Positions 36,887 to 47,231 of a DNA stretch of 64,000 bases are shown here, one piece after another. How positions within the stretch are numbered: position 1 is the stretch's first letter; every line of letters begins with the position of its first letter. The notes beneath the pieces were generated by a model that saw only the letters and a list, made by a program, of their open reading frames with translations, was not told the DNA's origin and made no database searches. Origin of the DNA: Clostridia bacterium (lineage in GTDB: Bacteria; Bacillota; Clostridia; JAAYHZ01); NCBI GenBank assembly GCA_050950825.1, contig JBMNIH010000004.1, forward strand, positions 192,001 through 256,000, in the 5' to 3' direction. A program made the position numbers and the translations under genes.

Positions 36887-38101
36887 ATGGGTAAGTTAGC
36901 AATAACCGGCGGACCGAAATTACGTACAAAACCGTTTCCTCAGTGGCCGGTCTATGGAAAAGAAGAAGCGGATGGATTGCTGCGAGTATTGGAGAGTCAG
37001 AAATGGGGAACCTTAGGACCTGAGGTTGCCAAGTTTACCGAAAGATTCTGCAATTACCTGGGTGTAAAACATGGCGTTGCGGTTACCAACGGAACGGCTA
37101 CAATGGAAGTTTTGTTAAGGGCGAAAGGAATCGGATTCGGAGATGAAGTGTTGGTTCCGCCTTATACATTTGTAGCCACTGTTTCTGCTGTTATTTGCGT
37201 TGGCGCTACCCCTGTTTTTGTAGATATTGAAGAAGATACGTTCAATATGGATCCTGACAAGCTGGAACAGGCTATTACTCCGAGAACAAAGGCTGTTATC
37301 CCGGTTCACGTAGGAGGAAGACCCTGCGATATGGACAAGATTATGGCGATAGCAAATAAGTATAATCTGTTCGTTATCGAAGATACGGCCCATGCCCACG
37401 GATCCGAGTGGAAAGGCCAAAAATGCGGGTCTTTGGGAACGGCAGGATCTTTCAGCTTCCAAGCCAGCAAGAACTTGACGGCAGGGGAAGGCGGATTCAT
37501 TTCCACCAACGATACCGATCTGTTTGAAATGTGCTGGTCCATCCACCACTGCGGAAGAGACTACAAAGGCACCGTATGGTATGGACATCCCTATATCGGA
37601 ACCAACGCCCGTATGACCGAATGGCAAGCGGTTATTCTCAATGCACAGTTAGACCGTATGGATAGCCAAATTGAAAAGAGAATGGAAAATGCCAAATATT
37701 TGACGGCCCGTCTGAACGAGATCGATTGCATTCAAACGGTAAAAGAAGACGAACGCATCACAAGAAACTCCTACCATCTGTTCTTATTCAAATACTTGGA
37801 GGAAAATTTAAAGGGCTTGCCTAGAGATAAGTTCTTGAAAGCTTTGAATGCGGAAGGTATTATTGCTTCCCCGGGATACACCTGTTTGTACAAGATGCCC
37901 ATGCTGATGACCGACCAAATGAAGAAGATGACAGGCAGCAGCATTGATTACTCCAAGGTATATCTGGAAACGGCGGAAAAACTTACGGAAAAGCAAGGCG
38001 TGTGGACAACACAGAATGTTCTTTTAGGCGAAAAAGAAGACATGGACCAGTTCGCCGATGCGATTATCAAGATTGTTGAAAACGTTGACGAAATTCTTTA
38101 A
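36887..38101 (+). CDS. DegT/DnrJ/EryC1/StrS PLP aminotransferase (RifK/BtrR-like)
   Basis: FPQWP N-terminus, TNGT, EDTAHAHG and SFQASKNLTAGEGG motifs. Confidence 0.9.
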   Translation: MGKLAITGGPKLRTKPFPQWPVYGKEEADGLLRVLESQKWGTLGPEVAKFTERFCNYLGVKHGVAVTNGTATMEVLLRAKGIGFGDEVLVPPYTFVATVSAVICVGATPVFVDIEEDTFNMDPDKLEQAITPRTKAVIPVHVGGRPCDMDKIMAIANKYNLFVIEDTAHAHGSEWKGQKCGSLGTAGSFSFQASKNLTAGEGGFISTNDTDLFEMCWSIHHCGRDYKGTVWYGHPYIGTNARMTEWQAVILNAQLDRMDSQIEKRMENAKYLTARLNEIDCIQTVKEDERITRNSYHLFLFKYLEENLKGLPRDKFLKALNAEGIIASPGYTCLYKMPMLMTDQMKKMTGSSIDYSKVYLETAEKLTEKQGVWTTQNVLLGEKEDMDQFADAIIKIVENVDEIL

Positions 38102-38146
38102 ACATCGAAATCAGTATAACTAAAGGAAGGCTTTATTATTAAAAAA

Positions 38147-38198
38147 GGATGTGCATCGACTGAAAGAAAGTTTTGGCCGATGCACGTCCGCCCTTTTT
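38147..38198 (+). terminator. Probable terminator
   Basis: GGATGTGCATCG..CGATGCACGTCC, then a T-run. Confidence 0.6.
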
Positions 38199-38445
38199 CA
38201 AAACCGGGACAAAAGCACAAAAGTAAAAAGAAACGTTCATAAGTTGACTAGGGGACAATAAATTTCGCTTCAAGCTTTACTTTCATCATCATTAAATATA
38301 AAAAACGGATGTATAGAAAAATAACAACGAATTTTTGGAAAAGAAAGGCGGTGACAAGCTCGATTTTCCAAATGGGAGACAGATTTTATCTCCTGCGGCA
38401 GAAAATATATAAAATATCGGTAAATATGAAAATCGGGTGTGGTAT

Positions 38446-39507
38446 ATGAAAAAAATGAAAGTCGGAATTATCGGTACAGGAAATCTTGCCGAGCTGCATA
38501 TGAAAGCATACAGGAAAAATCCGGACGTCGAAATTGTAGCGGTATGCGATTTTAATTTGGAACGAGCCAAGCAAAGAGCCGAACAATTCGGTGCAAAAGA
38601 AGTCTACCAAGATTACAAGGACATGCTGTCAAAAAGCGATATTGATGCTGTCAGTGTCATTACTTGGAATAATACCCATGCCGAAATAACCGTCAACGCA
38701 TTGAATGCAGGAAAGCACGTTTTATGCGAGAAGCCTCCGGCATTGAATGCTCTTCAGGCTTTGGAAATGGAAAAAGCGTCGCAATCGGCCGGTAAGCTTT
38801 TAATGTTTGGATTTGTGCGGAGATTCGAAGAAAAAGCGAAGCTTTTAAAGCAAAAAATTGACGACGGCGAGCTGGGTGACATTTATTACATCAAAACCGG
38901 ATACTTAAGAAGAACCGGAAACCCGGGAGGATGGTTTGCGAATAAGAAGATATCCGGGGGAGGGCCTCTTATCGATTTGGGCGTCCATATGGTGGATTTA
39001 GCCATGTTTCTCATGAACAAGCCGAAGCCCGTTTCGGTTTTCGGTGCTACCTTTAATAAAGTGGGCAATATGGCAAACATAAAAGGCGTTTCGGCTTGGA
39101 AAGCCGCCGATTATCGGAATGACGGCATCAATGACGTGGAAGATATGGCGGTCGGAATAATCAAATTTGAGAACGGTTCCTGTATCCATTTGGAAACCAG
39201 TTGGACATCACATATTAAAAAAGACGTTACGTATCTTGAGGTCTTCGGATCCAAAGGAGGCGCCAGCCTGGAACCGGATTTGGAGATCTATACCGCAGAC
39301 CGCAGCTACTTGACGGATATCAAGCCGGTATTAAAGAGCGGATTTGATTTTGACGCTTGCTTCTCGGAAGAAATTGATCATTTTGTCGATTGCGTGCTGC
39401 GAGGAACCCCGTGTACATGTTCGGCCAAAGACGGAGTTACAATCATGAAAATATTGGATGCGATATACGCTTCCTCGGAGACCGGTCAATTAATCGAAGT
39501 AAAGTAA
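38446..39507 (+). CDS. Gfo/Idh/MocA-family oxidoreductase
   Basis: GIIGTG, GKHVLCEKP and GGGPLIDLGVH motifs; exact start uncertain. Confidence 0.9.
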   Translation: MKKMKVGIIGTGNLAELHMKAYRKNPDVEIVAVCDFNLERAKQRAEQFGAKEVYQDYKDMLSKSDIDAVSVITWNNTHAEITVNALNAGKHVLCEKPPALNALQALEMEKASQSAGKLLMFGFVRRFEEKAKLLKQKIDDGELGDIYYIKTGYLRRTGNPGGWFANKKISGGGPLIDLGVHMVDLAMFLMNKPKPVSVFGATFNKVGNMANIKGVSAWKAADYRNDGINDVEDMAVGIIKFENGSCIHLETSWTSHIKKDVTYLEVFGSKGGASLEPDLEIYTADRSYLTDIKPVLKSGFDFDACFSEEIDHFVDCVLRGTPCTCSAKDGVTIMKILDAIYASSETGQLIEVK

Positions 39508-39523
39508 AAGAAAGTGAAAAAGT

Positions 39524-40456
39524 ATGAAAATTATATACGCAACGGACATTCATTATGATATAACCCCTGAAAAACCGCACTACCCGTATGCTATAAGAAA
39601 TTTGAAGATTTTTTGGGATTTGCTGAAGGAAAAGATGAAAACCTTTGATCTTTTCATCGGAGGCGGGGATTTAACGGTAAAAGGACCTGCTTGTTTGGAA
39701 GAATTGGCAGGCTTCAAAGAAATTGTGGAGTGTATAACGGATCGATACATTGTGACTCCGGGGAATCACGATTTATGCCCGATAAAAGGGATGGAAAAAA
39801 GGTATCCCGGGGTGGAAGAGTATGAATACATGGAGCTTTCGGAAACCAATTTTGCAAAGGTCTTCGGGGACAAGGGTTTGCTGTATTCCGAGATGTTTTC
39901 GAATGTAAGATTGGTTGCATTTGCGGTCCGAAACGAAGATCCGGACAACCAATTGAAGCGATTGGAGCAAGAATTGAAAAAGCCGGGCAAAAAATTGGTC
40001 TTTTCCCACTATCCCGTTTTTCAGACTCGAAGAGGCGGTTTTTGCGCAACGTGGGATTACAACCGGATTCGCGACGTTAGAGAAAAGATTGCATACCTTT
40101 TGGCGAAGCCGGAGCATCAAGTTGTCTGCTATTTTTGCGGTCATCAGCACATAAACAGTACGGTTCCCATGACATTAAAAGAAGACGGAACGCCGCAATT
40201 GGAATTGCTAGAAAATCCGAAAACAATGACCGGTCTGCAAATTGAAACGGGAGCGGCTACACAAGCCACCTGCTGCTACAGAGAAATCGAAGTGAAGAAT
40301 GACCGGATTTTTATTACCTTAAAACAACTGCCCGGGATCAACGAATTGGCGGAAGGCGTTATGTGTGCGGACCGATCATTTGACGATGCCCATACGGATG
40401 TCTTTTCCTATCATATGGGAAACGAAGAAGAAAGAAATATAGTCATACCATTATAA
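39524..40456 (+). CDS. Metallophosphoesterase
   Basis: TDIH, GGDL, PGNHD, SHYP and CGHQH motifs. Confidence 0.85.
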   Translation: MKIIYATDIHYDITPEKPHYPYAIRNLKIFWDLLKEKMKTFDLFIGGGDLTVKGPACLEELAGFKEIVECITDRYIVTPGNHDLCPIKGMEKRYPGVEEYEYMELSETNFAKVFGDKGLLYSEMFSNVRLVAFAVRNEDPDNQLKRLEQELKKPGKKLVFSHYPVFQTRRGGFCATWDYNRIRDVREKIAYLLAKPEHQVVCYFCGHQHINSTVPMTLKEDGTPQLELLENPKTMTGLQIETGAATQATCCYREIEVKNDRIFITLKQLPGINELAEGVMCADRSFDDAHTDVFSYHMGNEEERNIVIPL

Positions 40457-40487
40457 ATCCTTACGGTAAAACGGAAAAAAATGCATT

Positions 40488-40513
40488 AAAAAAGGCTGTC
40501 CTCGGACAGCCTT
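40488..40513 (-). terminator. Terminator of hpf
   Basis: AAAAAAGGCTGTC-CTCG-GACAGCCTT. Confidence 0.75.
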
Positions 40514-40546
40514 CGTTATATCAATCTGTTTGAATTGCAAGATGTC

Positions 40547-41086
40547 TTACATTTCCGGTTCGATTAACCCGTAGTTTTTATCCTTTCTTACGTATACAAC
40601 GTTCACTTCGTCGGTTTCCGCATTTTTAAACATGTAGAACTGGTGCCCTAGCAGGTTCATCTGCAAAATCGCTTCCTCGACGGACATGGGCTTCATGGGG
40701 AACTTCTTGGTTTTTACGACTTTATAATCAAGCTCCTCATCCACAATTTCATGACTCAACGTATCCGCGTCGTAATCGGCAATAGGCAATTTCTGATGCA
40801 AGCGTTTTTCCAGACGGGTCTTGTTTCGTCTGATTTGTCTTACCAGAATATCCACCGCTTTATCCGTTGCCGTCAGCAAATCGGATTCAAGGGTTTCGGC
40901 TCTGAAAATGATGTCGCGATAGGGAATCGTGACTTCGAGATTCATTTGGGATCTGATCTTCGACACGGTGACATTGATTTCGGTATCGTCTTTGAAAAAC
41001 TTATCAAGCTTTGATAACTTTTTCTCAATCATGTCTTTGGCCGCTTGATGAACATCAACATTCTTCTTTGTGTAATTAAATCTCAT
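40547..41086 (-). CDS. hpf: Ribosome hibernation promoting factor (long HPF)
   Basis: KKLSKLDKFF..RQIRRNKTRL..KPMSVEEAILQMNLLGHQF. Confidence 0.95.
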   Translation of the reverse strand: MRFNYTKKNVDVHQAAKDMIEKKLSKLDKFFKDDTEINVTVSKIRSQMNLEVTIPYRDIIFRAETLESDLLTATDKAVDILVRQIRRNKTRLEKRLHQKLPIADYDADTLSHEIVDEELDYKVVKTKKFPMKPMSVEEAILQMNLLGHQFYMFKNAETDEVNVVYVRKDKNYGLIEPEM

Positions 41087-41514
41087 GATTTCAGTCCCCT
41101 TTCATAAGATATTTTGTTATTGTTTTATCCATTATTATACTATCCGTTTTTGAATAAAATAATAACAATTTGTGAATCTTTCAATTTCATTATAACATAG
41201 CTTATTCTCACGTACTATTGCAAATCGTTATCATTGATATTAATTTTATCATCGCTTGCTTTTGTTATCCGTGACTTTGTCACAGGAGACCGGTCGGAAT
41301 ACAAGTTTACGAAAAACGGGTAATTGTGCTAAAATGAAGGAGTTCGGACGCATGAATTAGAATAATCCGGTAATAATTTGTCATATATATTAAAGCCGGA
41401 GATTTACATAAATGCGAAAAGGGTCAAGGCAAAATCGTCGGTTTGTTTCTAAGTACGGGAAAGGAGTAAGGCAAAGGCCTTCCGCAAGGGGATGAAGGAT
41501 TTGCTTACAAGGAT

Positions 41515-43146
41515 ATGAAAAAAAGATTTCTTATGATTTTTATTGTGATCGGAGTCTTGCTTGTGTCGAGCATGGCTTCGGCGGCCGATTTCGATATAAA
41601 GGAGTTGTTTACCGAGCAAACCATCCGGGATCTTAGCCAAGGGGAGAAAGTCAACTTTTCAAAATGGAACCGCATTGTGGTTTCCTTATCGGAAATGGAA
41701 ATTAACGATATCATTATCGATAAGCTTCTAAAGAACTATCTCGAAGCAAACGGAGAATTGTTGCCTAAAAACACGAAATTTCATTCGGCCGTATTTGACA
41801 CGGAAAACGCAACGCTGAACGTAGCGTTTCTTTACGGCTTTTTAAAAATACGATGCGATACCCAAGTAAGCATCGATACGGCGGATGAAAACGCCCTGTC
41901 TATCACGGAGCCCAAGTTAAAAATATGGGGGATTCCCATCCCGCGATTTATAACCCGCCTTATCTTGAAAGACATGGATTCTTACAGAATAAGCTACAAA
42001 GAGATTACCGGACCCGATTTTCCGATTCTTATCAATAAAATTCGGTTTGAAAATAAAGCATGCTTGGTCGAAATGGAATTTCCCGAAGAAAAGGCGGTGG
42101 ATATTTTAAAAACCTTGGTACCGGACAAACCGGTGGAGCTTCTCAAGGACAAGAATATCTCCGACTTGGTGGATTTGGACCAATTGTCCGATATCCGATT
42201 CTACATTTCCGAAGACACGGTCAACCGCATTTTTAACGATCAATTGTACGCTTATATAGAAGGCGGTGATACGGTCATACCGGAAGGGCTGCAAATCAAG
42301 CAAGTGTGGGTATCCTTAAAGGACCGGCTGTTAAAAGCGAATATCAACTTTCACGGCTTTCAAATGATTGTTCAGATGGAATTTACTCCTTACTGCCAAG
42401 ATAATGTGGTAGGAATTGATATCGGTGAAATGTATTTGGACGGACAGCAAATCCCCTCCGCCTTAACGGATGTTTTCGACGAGTTTACCAAGAATGTTCG
42501 GTTCGACTTGGCAAAGGCCGGGTTACCGTCTTTCATTCGCCTCAAAGGCTTGAATTTATTGGAGAAGGAGCTGGAAGTGAATTTATCCGTGGACCTGTTG
42601 AACAGAGAACCCGTTACCATAGACCGGCTGGAGGTTTTGTTGGGATCCGGCGTTCACGATCCGAATGCCTTCTTCGAATACTTTGCGCCTACCTCCGCTT
42701 TATCCGATGCCGTTGAAAAACTATTGGACATAGAACGGATTCGTCTTGCCGTCGACCGTATCATCACCGAAGCGCCCATTCCGAAAGGTTTGGATTTGTT
42801 GATTAACAAAGACCTTGTGGATGTGGAGGATGTTTCGTTGGATATCGCAGACCGATCGATTCGCTTGACTATAAAGGTATGGAATCTTCCCATGGAACTT
42901 AAAAGCAAATTTTCGCTGACCTCGGAGGAAGGACGAGTGAATCTTGTTTTCTATGACATCAGCCAAACGTTAGACGGCCAAGGGGTTCCTCCGCATGTAA
43001 TGTCGCAAATCACAGGGGAAGGTGTGGTATTTACCGCCGCTTTTCATGAGATTTCTGCGTTTTTATGCATGGATGAGATCGTTGTTCAAAAGCTTGCTTT
43101 GGAAGACACCGGTTTGGTGATTCGTTTTCATATGGATGAAGCATAA
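41515..43146 (+). CDS. Secreted hypothetical protein with apparent internal repeats
   Basis: Signal peptide ending ASA; 543-aa ORF. Confidence 0.75.
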   Translation: MKKRFLMIFIVIGVLLVSSMASAADFDIKELFTEQTIRDLSQGEKVNFSKWNRIVVSLSEMEINDIIIDKLLKNYLEANGELLPKNTKFHSAVFDTENATLNVAFLYGFLKIRCDTQVSIDTADENALSITEPKLKIWGIPIPRFITRLILKDMDSYRISYKEITGPDFPILINKIRFENKACLVEMEFPEEKAVDILKTLVPDKPVELLKDKNISDLVDLDQLSDIRFYISEDTVNRIFNDQLYAYIEGGDTVIPEGLQIKQVWVSLKDRLLKANINFHGFQMIVQMEFTPYCQDNVVGIDIGEMYLDGQQIPSALTDVFDEFTKNVRFDLAKAGLPSFIRLKGLNLLEKELEVNLSVDLLNREPVTIDRLEVLLGSGVHDPNAFFEYFAPTSALSDAVEKLLDIERIRLAVDRIITEAPIPKGLDLLINKDLVDVEDVSLDIADRSIRLTIKVWNLPMELKSKFSLTSEEGRVNLVFYDISQTLDGQGVPPHVMSQITGEGVVFTAAFHEISAFLCMDEIVVQKLALEDTGLVIRFHMDEA

Positions 43147-43335
43147 AGAAAGTTTACTTTACCGGTATAAAAACGGGTAGAAAATCCATTTGTCTTTTTC
43201 GACATTTTTCGGTTAAATGATGTTTTCTTTTTCAACGATTAATGGTAAAATACTATACGGTTGAAACGATCTTGTATACATCATACATGTAAAAGGTCTG
43301 CTGATTTAAAGAATTATTTTACGGAGGTATTACAT

Positions 43336-43509
43336 ATGGCATATTTTATTAGTGAAGATTGCATCAGCTGCGGTGCTTGCGAATCGGAATGCCCTTCATC
43401 CGCTATCTCGGAAGGCGACGGCATCTACGTTATTGATCCCGATGAATGCATCGATTGCGGTTCTTGTGCTGATGTTTGCCCGGTAGGCGCACCTCAAGAA
43501 GCGGAATAA
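43336..43509 (+). CDS. fdx: 2x[4Fe-4S] ferredoxin
   Basis: CISCGACESECP and CIDCGSCADVCP; GGAGG RBS. Confidence 0.97.
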   Translation: MAYFISEDCISCGACESECPSSAISEGDGIYVIDPDECIDCGSCADVCPVGAPQEAE

Positions 43510-43597
43510 ATCGGAACTATTGAAACGCACCCCACAGACCGGAGAATCCGAATTTGTCCGGATATTCGGTCTTTTTATCCGTTAAGAATAGCAGGAT

Positions 43598-43638
43598 ATA
43601 TAAAAACCTCAGAAAAGGAATTCTGAGGTTTTTATATG
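43598..43638. terminator. Bidirectional terminator
   Basis: ATATAAAAACCTCAGAA..TTCTGAGGTTTTTATAT. Confidence 0.8.
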
Positions 43639-43796
43639 TTATCTGCTCTTTTTTGAAATAACGTGAAATTTGTAATCCGGTTTTACGGTGTCTTCCAAAA
43701 GTACATGGGAGGATGTACTGTTCCTTTCATGTTTGGAAGCGATGGATTCTTCTATGTGAGTTGCTTCTTGTTGTTTTTCAAAAGGCTGTCTTTGCT

Positions 43797-44015
43797 TCAT
43801 CGGTCACGCACTTCCACGGCTTCGTCCCTGAATAGAAGACTAATGGAATACAAGCCTGCTATTCCGATGATGGTATAGATGGCGTTGCTCACAAAAGAGG
43901 CTTGACCGAATATCTGTGCCACCAAATCGAATTGAAATAATCCGACCAACAGCCAGTTGATAGCGCCAATAATAACGAATACCAACGCAACTCTATCTAA
44001 AGGTGTTCTGCTCAT
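43797..44015 (-). CDS. DUF378 membrane protein
   Basis: LDRVALVFVIIGAINWLLVGLFQFDLV. Confidence 0.92.
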   Translation of the reverse strand: MSRTPLDRVALVFVIIGAINWLLVGLFQFDLVAQIFGQASFVSNAIYTIIGIAGLYSISLLFRDEAVEVRDR

Positions 44016-44141
44016 AATGTGCTCTCCTTTATAACATTTTTTGCAATTTAAAATTGCTTGTTCACCCGTTATTTTAACCAATCCGAATCTTTTCATACTT
44101 TTAATGCATTTTTAAAATAAAATAAATTTTAAAAAGTTAAT

Positions 44142-44253
44142 AAAAAAAGGGCTTTTTACAGCCCTTTATATCAACAACTTTCTGCAAAGATTTTCATGAA
44201 CTATCTATTTTGCTCATGCGTCCCTTTGCGGAAAGTTGACCGCGAGAATGCCA
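44142..44253 (-). ncRNA. Putative SigK-dependent hairpin small RNA
   Basis: CACA-16-CATATTA promoter at 44260-44286, 64-nt hairpin at 44175-44238, terminator at 44142-44167. Confidence 0.45.
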
Positions 44254-44410
44254 CTAACATAATATGTGAAAAAAGCTTTGATTGTGAATAAATCGTATTG
44301 AAATCCCTTTGAAACAATTTTCGGCGGTACGACATATACTAATGTGATGCGGGCGATTGCATATTTTGTTTTGCACTTTGTAATAATAAGGGCGGAGAGG
44401 ATGTGAACAA

Positions 44411-45259
44411 ATGAAGCGTATCTGTATAAATGCCGGATCGTATGGAATGTTTCTTTTCCGATATATCCTGTTGGAATTCAAAAAACAGCTGTCTGATGAA
44501 GAACCGATCATTTATTTAGAGAAGAGCCAAGACGATCAAGAATATGTCATAGTGGAAGAATTGGAAAACGGCGATGTGGATATATTGTCCGACATCCTGG
44601 TTCAATATATTTTTAAAATTTACCAGCCGGAGATCATTGGCAGCATCATCGGTAACTTAAGCGGTTTTTACGATTACGCCGACCGGTATCAAATATTGGA
44701 TAAGACGAAAGGGAAGCTGGTTTTTTATCAGGATAAAATTCCGGATTACCAAAAAGCGGCGCATTCGAATATTGTGGAGCTGCTTCATACCCAAGGCATA
44801 TTTAATATCGAAGGCTTTATTGTATTCAGGCTGAAGGAATACATTTTTTTCTTGAGGAAATTGGTTGAAGAAGCCATGGACGATTTTCTCAGCGAAAAAG
44901 AACATGCGGAATTTATGAGAATGCTAGCCTATTTTGTCGATATGCAGGAACCTCGAACGGATACGGTTCATATTGTTCACGACGGAGATTGTTGCTTTAA
45001 TCTGTACGACGCGGCAGGTAACCGATACTATTTCCACGACCAAACGACGTTGATTGAAAATATTACGCTGCGAGACGAAGCGATCGATGTATTGATCGGT
45101 ATGCTGATATCTTTATTACCGGAAAGGATCATCATCCATCAAAATCAAAAACGTCAGCAGCTTTCGGATATTTTGACCGAAATCTTCTCCTACCGAGTGG
45201 AGGTATGCAATAAATGTCCCGACTGTACGCTTATGAAAAACGTGCTCATAAAAGGATGA
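44411..45259 (+). CDS. ytxC: Putative sporulation protein YtxC
   Basis: NIEGFIVFRLKEY..EKEHAEFMRMLAYFVDMQEP..C-x2-C-x2-C. Confidence 0.88.
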   Translation: MKRICINAGSYGMFLFRYILLEFKKQLSDEEPIIYLEKSQDDQEYVIVEELENGDVDILSDILVQYIFKIYQPEIIGSIIGNLSGFYDYADRYQILDKTKGKLVFYQDKIPDYQKAAHSNIVELLHTQGIFNIEGFIVFRLKEYIFFLRKLVEEAMDDFLSEKEHAEFMRMLAYFVDMQEPRTDTVHIVHDGDCCFNLYDAAGNRYYFHDQTTLIENITLRDEAIDVLIGMLISLLPERIIIHQNQKRQQLSDILTEIFSYRVEVCNKCPDCTLMKNVLIKG

Positions 45260-45483
45260 AAAGAATACACAAAAAAGGCAGTTACGTTAGAGTTTTTTTA
45301 GCTTACGATGCACTGCTTATGGTTTATCTATCTATGATAAGCACTATCGGAAGTTTCTCCTGTAGAATTAATAGGCTACGACGACATCGAAACAGGAATT
45401 TCTATTGCTAACAGTAGAAAACCTGTGACTTAAATTAAGTAGGGAGGTTAACATCATATCTGATCTAATCATATTGGTTCCTC

Positions 45484-45627
45484 TTATGTCATCCGGCCAT
45501 TGGTAATGCGTTCAATATACCCCTGTTTGCAAAGGACACCAACATCGGAGTTGCTAAGGCCGGCGACAATAAAATCCGCTGTCTTCGCAATACATCCGAC
45601 TTGATTGCATAGGTAATATTTTATCAA
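45484..45627 (-). pseudogene. Fragment resembling the N-terminus of an AbiEi-type (type IV TA) antitoxin
   Basis: Translates to CIAKTADFIVAGLSNSDVGVLCKQGYIERITNG; truncated, no clear RBS. Confidence 0.4.
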
Positions 45628-45687
45628 TTAAAAAGAGACTGTGCACTATTTTTTCTTAGTGCAACAGCCTCTTGAGCCCTTGAGCCA

Positions 45688-46455
45688 TTATTCTTTCATC
45701 ATTTTATTGCAAAAATCGAGGCTTTCCTTTAAGCAATCAAAGGGACACTCGTCGTAGCAGTGGTCTTGTTCGACGGGAGCCCATTCGACCGCCGTTTTTT
45801 TGCAAGCTTCAAAGATTTCCTTCCAAGGGAGATTTCCTCTTCCGATAGGTGTCATAATTTGCTCGTTGTTTTTTACGCCCATATCTTTGAAATGGATTAC
45901 TTGCATACGTCCGTCGACTTTATATATCCATTCTACAGGAGATGCGCCTCCGGATTGTACCCAATAGGTATCGATTTCGAATCCGAATTCCGGTGCAGAT
46001 TCTTCGAAAAGAATATCCATCATGGTTCTGCCGTTAAATTTCTCAAATTCAAAACGGTGGTTGTGGTAAATAAATTGAAGTCCCTCGTCCGCCAACTTCT
46101 TTGCATGAACAGAGAACTCTTTTGCAAAAGCGATGCAGCCTTCTTCCGAACCTCTGTAAGCAGCGGGCATTCCGCCGATACCAACGTATTTACAGTCCCA
46201 AAGCTTATGCTCTTTTACCACCCGGTCAAACTCATTGGCGATGGCTTCCGGACTGATGTGGGTTGCACAAATTTTTAAACCGTATTCATCGGTAATTTCT
46301 TTGAGTTCCACGGGATCGATTTTCCCTAATCCGGAAATTTGAACGGCGGTGTATCCCATTTCGCTTACTTTTTTCAAAGATTTGCGAATATCTTCCGGCG
46401 TTTTCATGTAATCTCTCAACGTATACAGTTGAGCCGCAACAACAAAATCTTTCAT
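45688..46455 (-). CDS. Sugar phosphate isomerase/epimerase (xylose-isomerase-like TIM barrel)
   Basis: AQLYTLRD, YHNHRFEF, EIDTYWV, HFKD and VEQD motifs. Confidence 0.9.
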   Translation of the reverse strand: MKDFVVAAQLYTLRDYMKTPEDIRKSLKKVSEMGYTAVQISGLGKIDPVELKEITDEYGLKICATHISPEAIANEFDRVVKEHKLWDCKYVGIGGMPAAYRGSEEGCIAFAKEFSVHAKKLADEGLQFIYHNHRFEFEKFNGRTMMDILFEESAPEFGFEIDTYWVQSGGASPVEWIYKVDGRMQVIHFKDMGVKNNEQIMTPIGRGNLPWKEIFEACKKTAVEWAPVEQDHCYDECPFDCLKESLDFCNKMMKE

Positions 46456-46584
46456 GCGCGAACACTCCTTATATAAGAAATTTGAGCACAATAACAGTAT
46501 ACATGATTTTCCTTGTCATTTGTAGTATAATGTTGAAAAGCAAAAAAAGAATATGACCTTTGTTCAAAGAAAGTAAGGAGAATT

Positions 46585-47097
46585 ATGACGGATACCATCA
46601 AAGAAGCGGTTACGTACGAAGATGCCAAAGCGTTAAGCCGATTGGCATTTAAAATTTGGCGAGAACACTACACCCCCATTATCGGAAAAGATCAAACCGA
46701 GTACATGTTGGAGAATTTTCAATCGGAAGAAAAGATCTTCGATTCCATGCAAAACGGTATGGTTTACTACATGGTTTTTTGTGACGATATTTTATGCGGT
46801 TATGCCGCCGCTATGTACACGGACCGGGACAATTCGGTTTTTTTGAGCAAGTTCTATATCGAAAAATTGTATCGAGGAAAGGGATTATCCAAAAAGCTTT
46901 TGGAGAAGGTGAAGAATTTTGCCTACGGTCGGAAAGCTCAAAGCATTTGGCTTACGTGCAATAAATACAATTCCCTTGCTTTGAGCGTGTATAAAAAGTT
47001 AGGATTTGAAATCATCGATTCCATCGAAACGGATATCGGAGAAGGCTACATTATGGATGACTATGTTCTTGAAATGAAGCTTTCGACTTCCCCGTAA
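46585..47097 (+). CDS. GNAT N-acetyltransferase
   Basis: YRGKGLSKKLL..WLTCNKYN..YKKLGF. Confidence 0.9.
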   Translation: MTDTIKEAVTYEDAKALSRLAFKIWREHYTPIIGKDQTEYMLENFQSEEKIFDSMQNGMVYYMVFCDDILCGYAAAMYTDRDNSVFLSKFYIEKLYRGKGLSKKLLEKVKNFAYGRKAQSIWLTCNKYNSLALSVYKKLGFEIIDSIETDIGEGYIMDDYVLEMKLSTSP

Positions 47098-47231
47098 CCG
47101 GGTACGAAACAAGGATGTAAATATATGTAAAATAAGAGATGAAGCTCTTGTACGAGAGCTTTGCCATATGCTAAAATGAAAAATACAAATCGGGATTTTT
47201 ACGTAAATACGAATTAACGAAGGATATAAAG

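Noticed and set aside
41420-41514. Second c-di-GMP riboswitch (AAGGCAAA occurs twice)
   Set aside because: Lacks the GACGCAAAGC block and the paired GNRA stem
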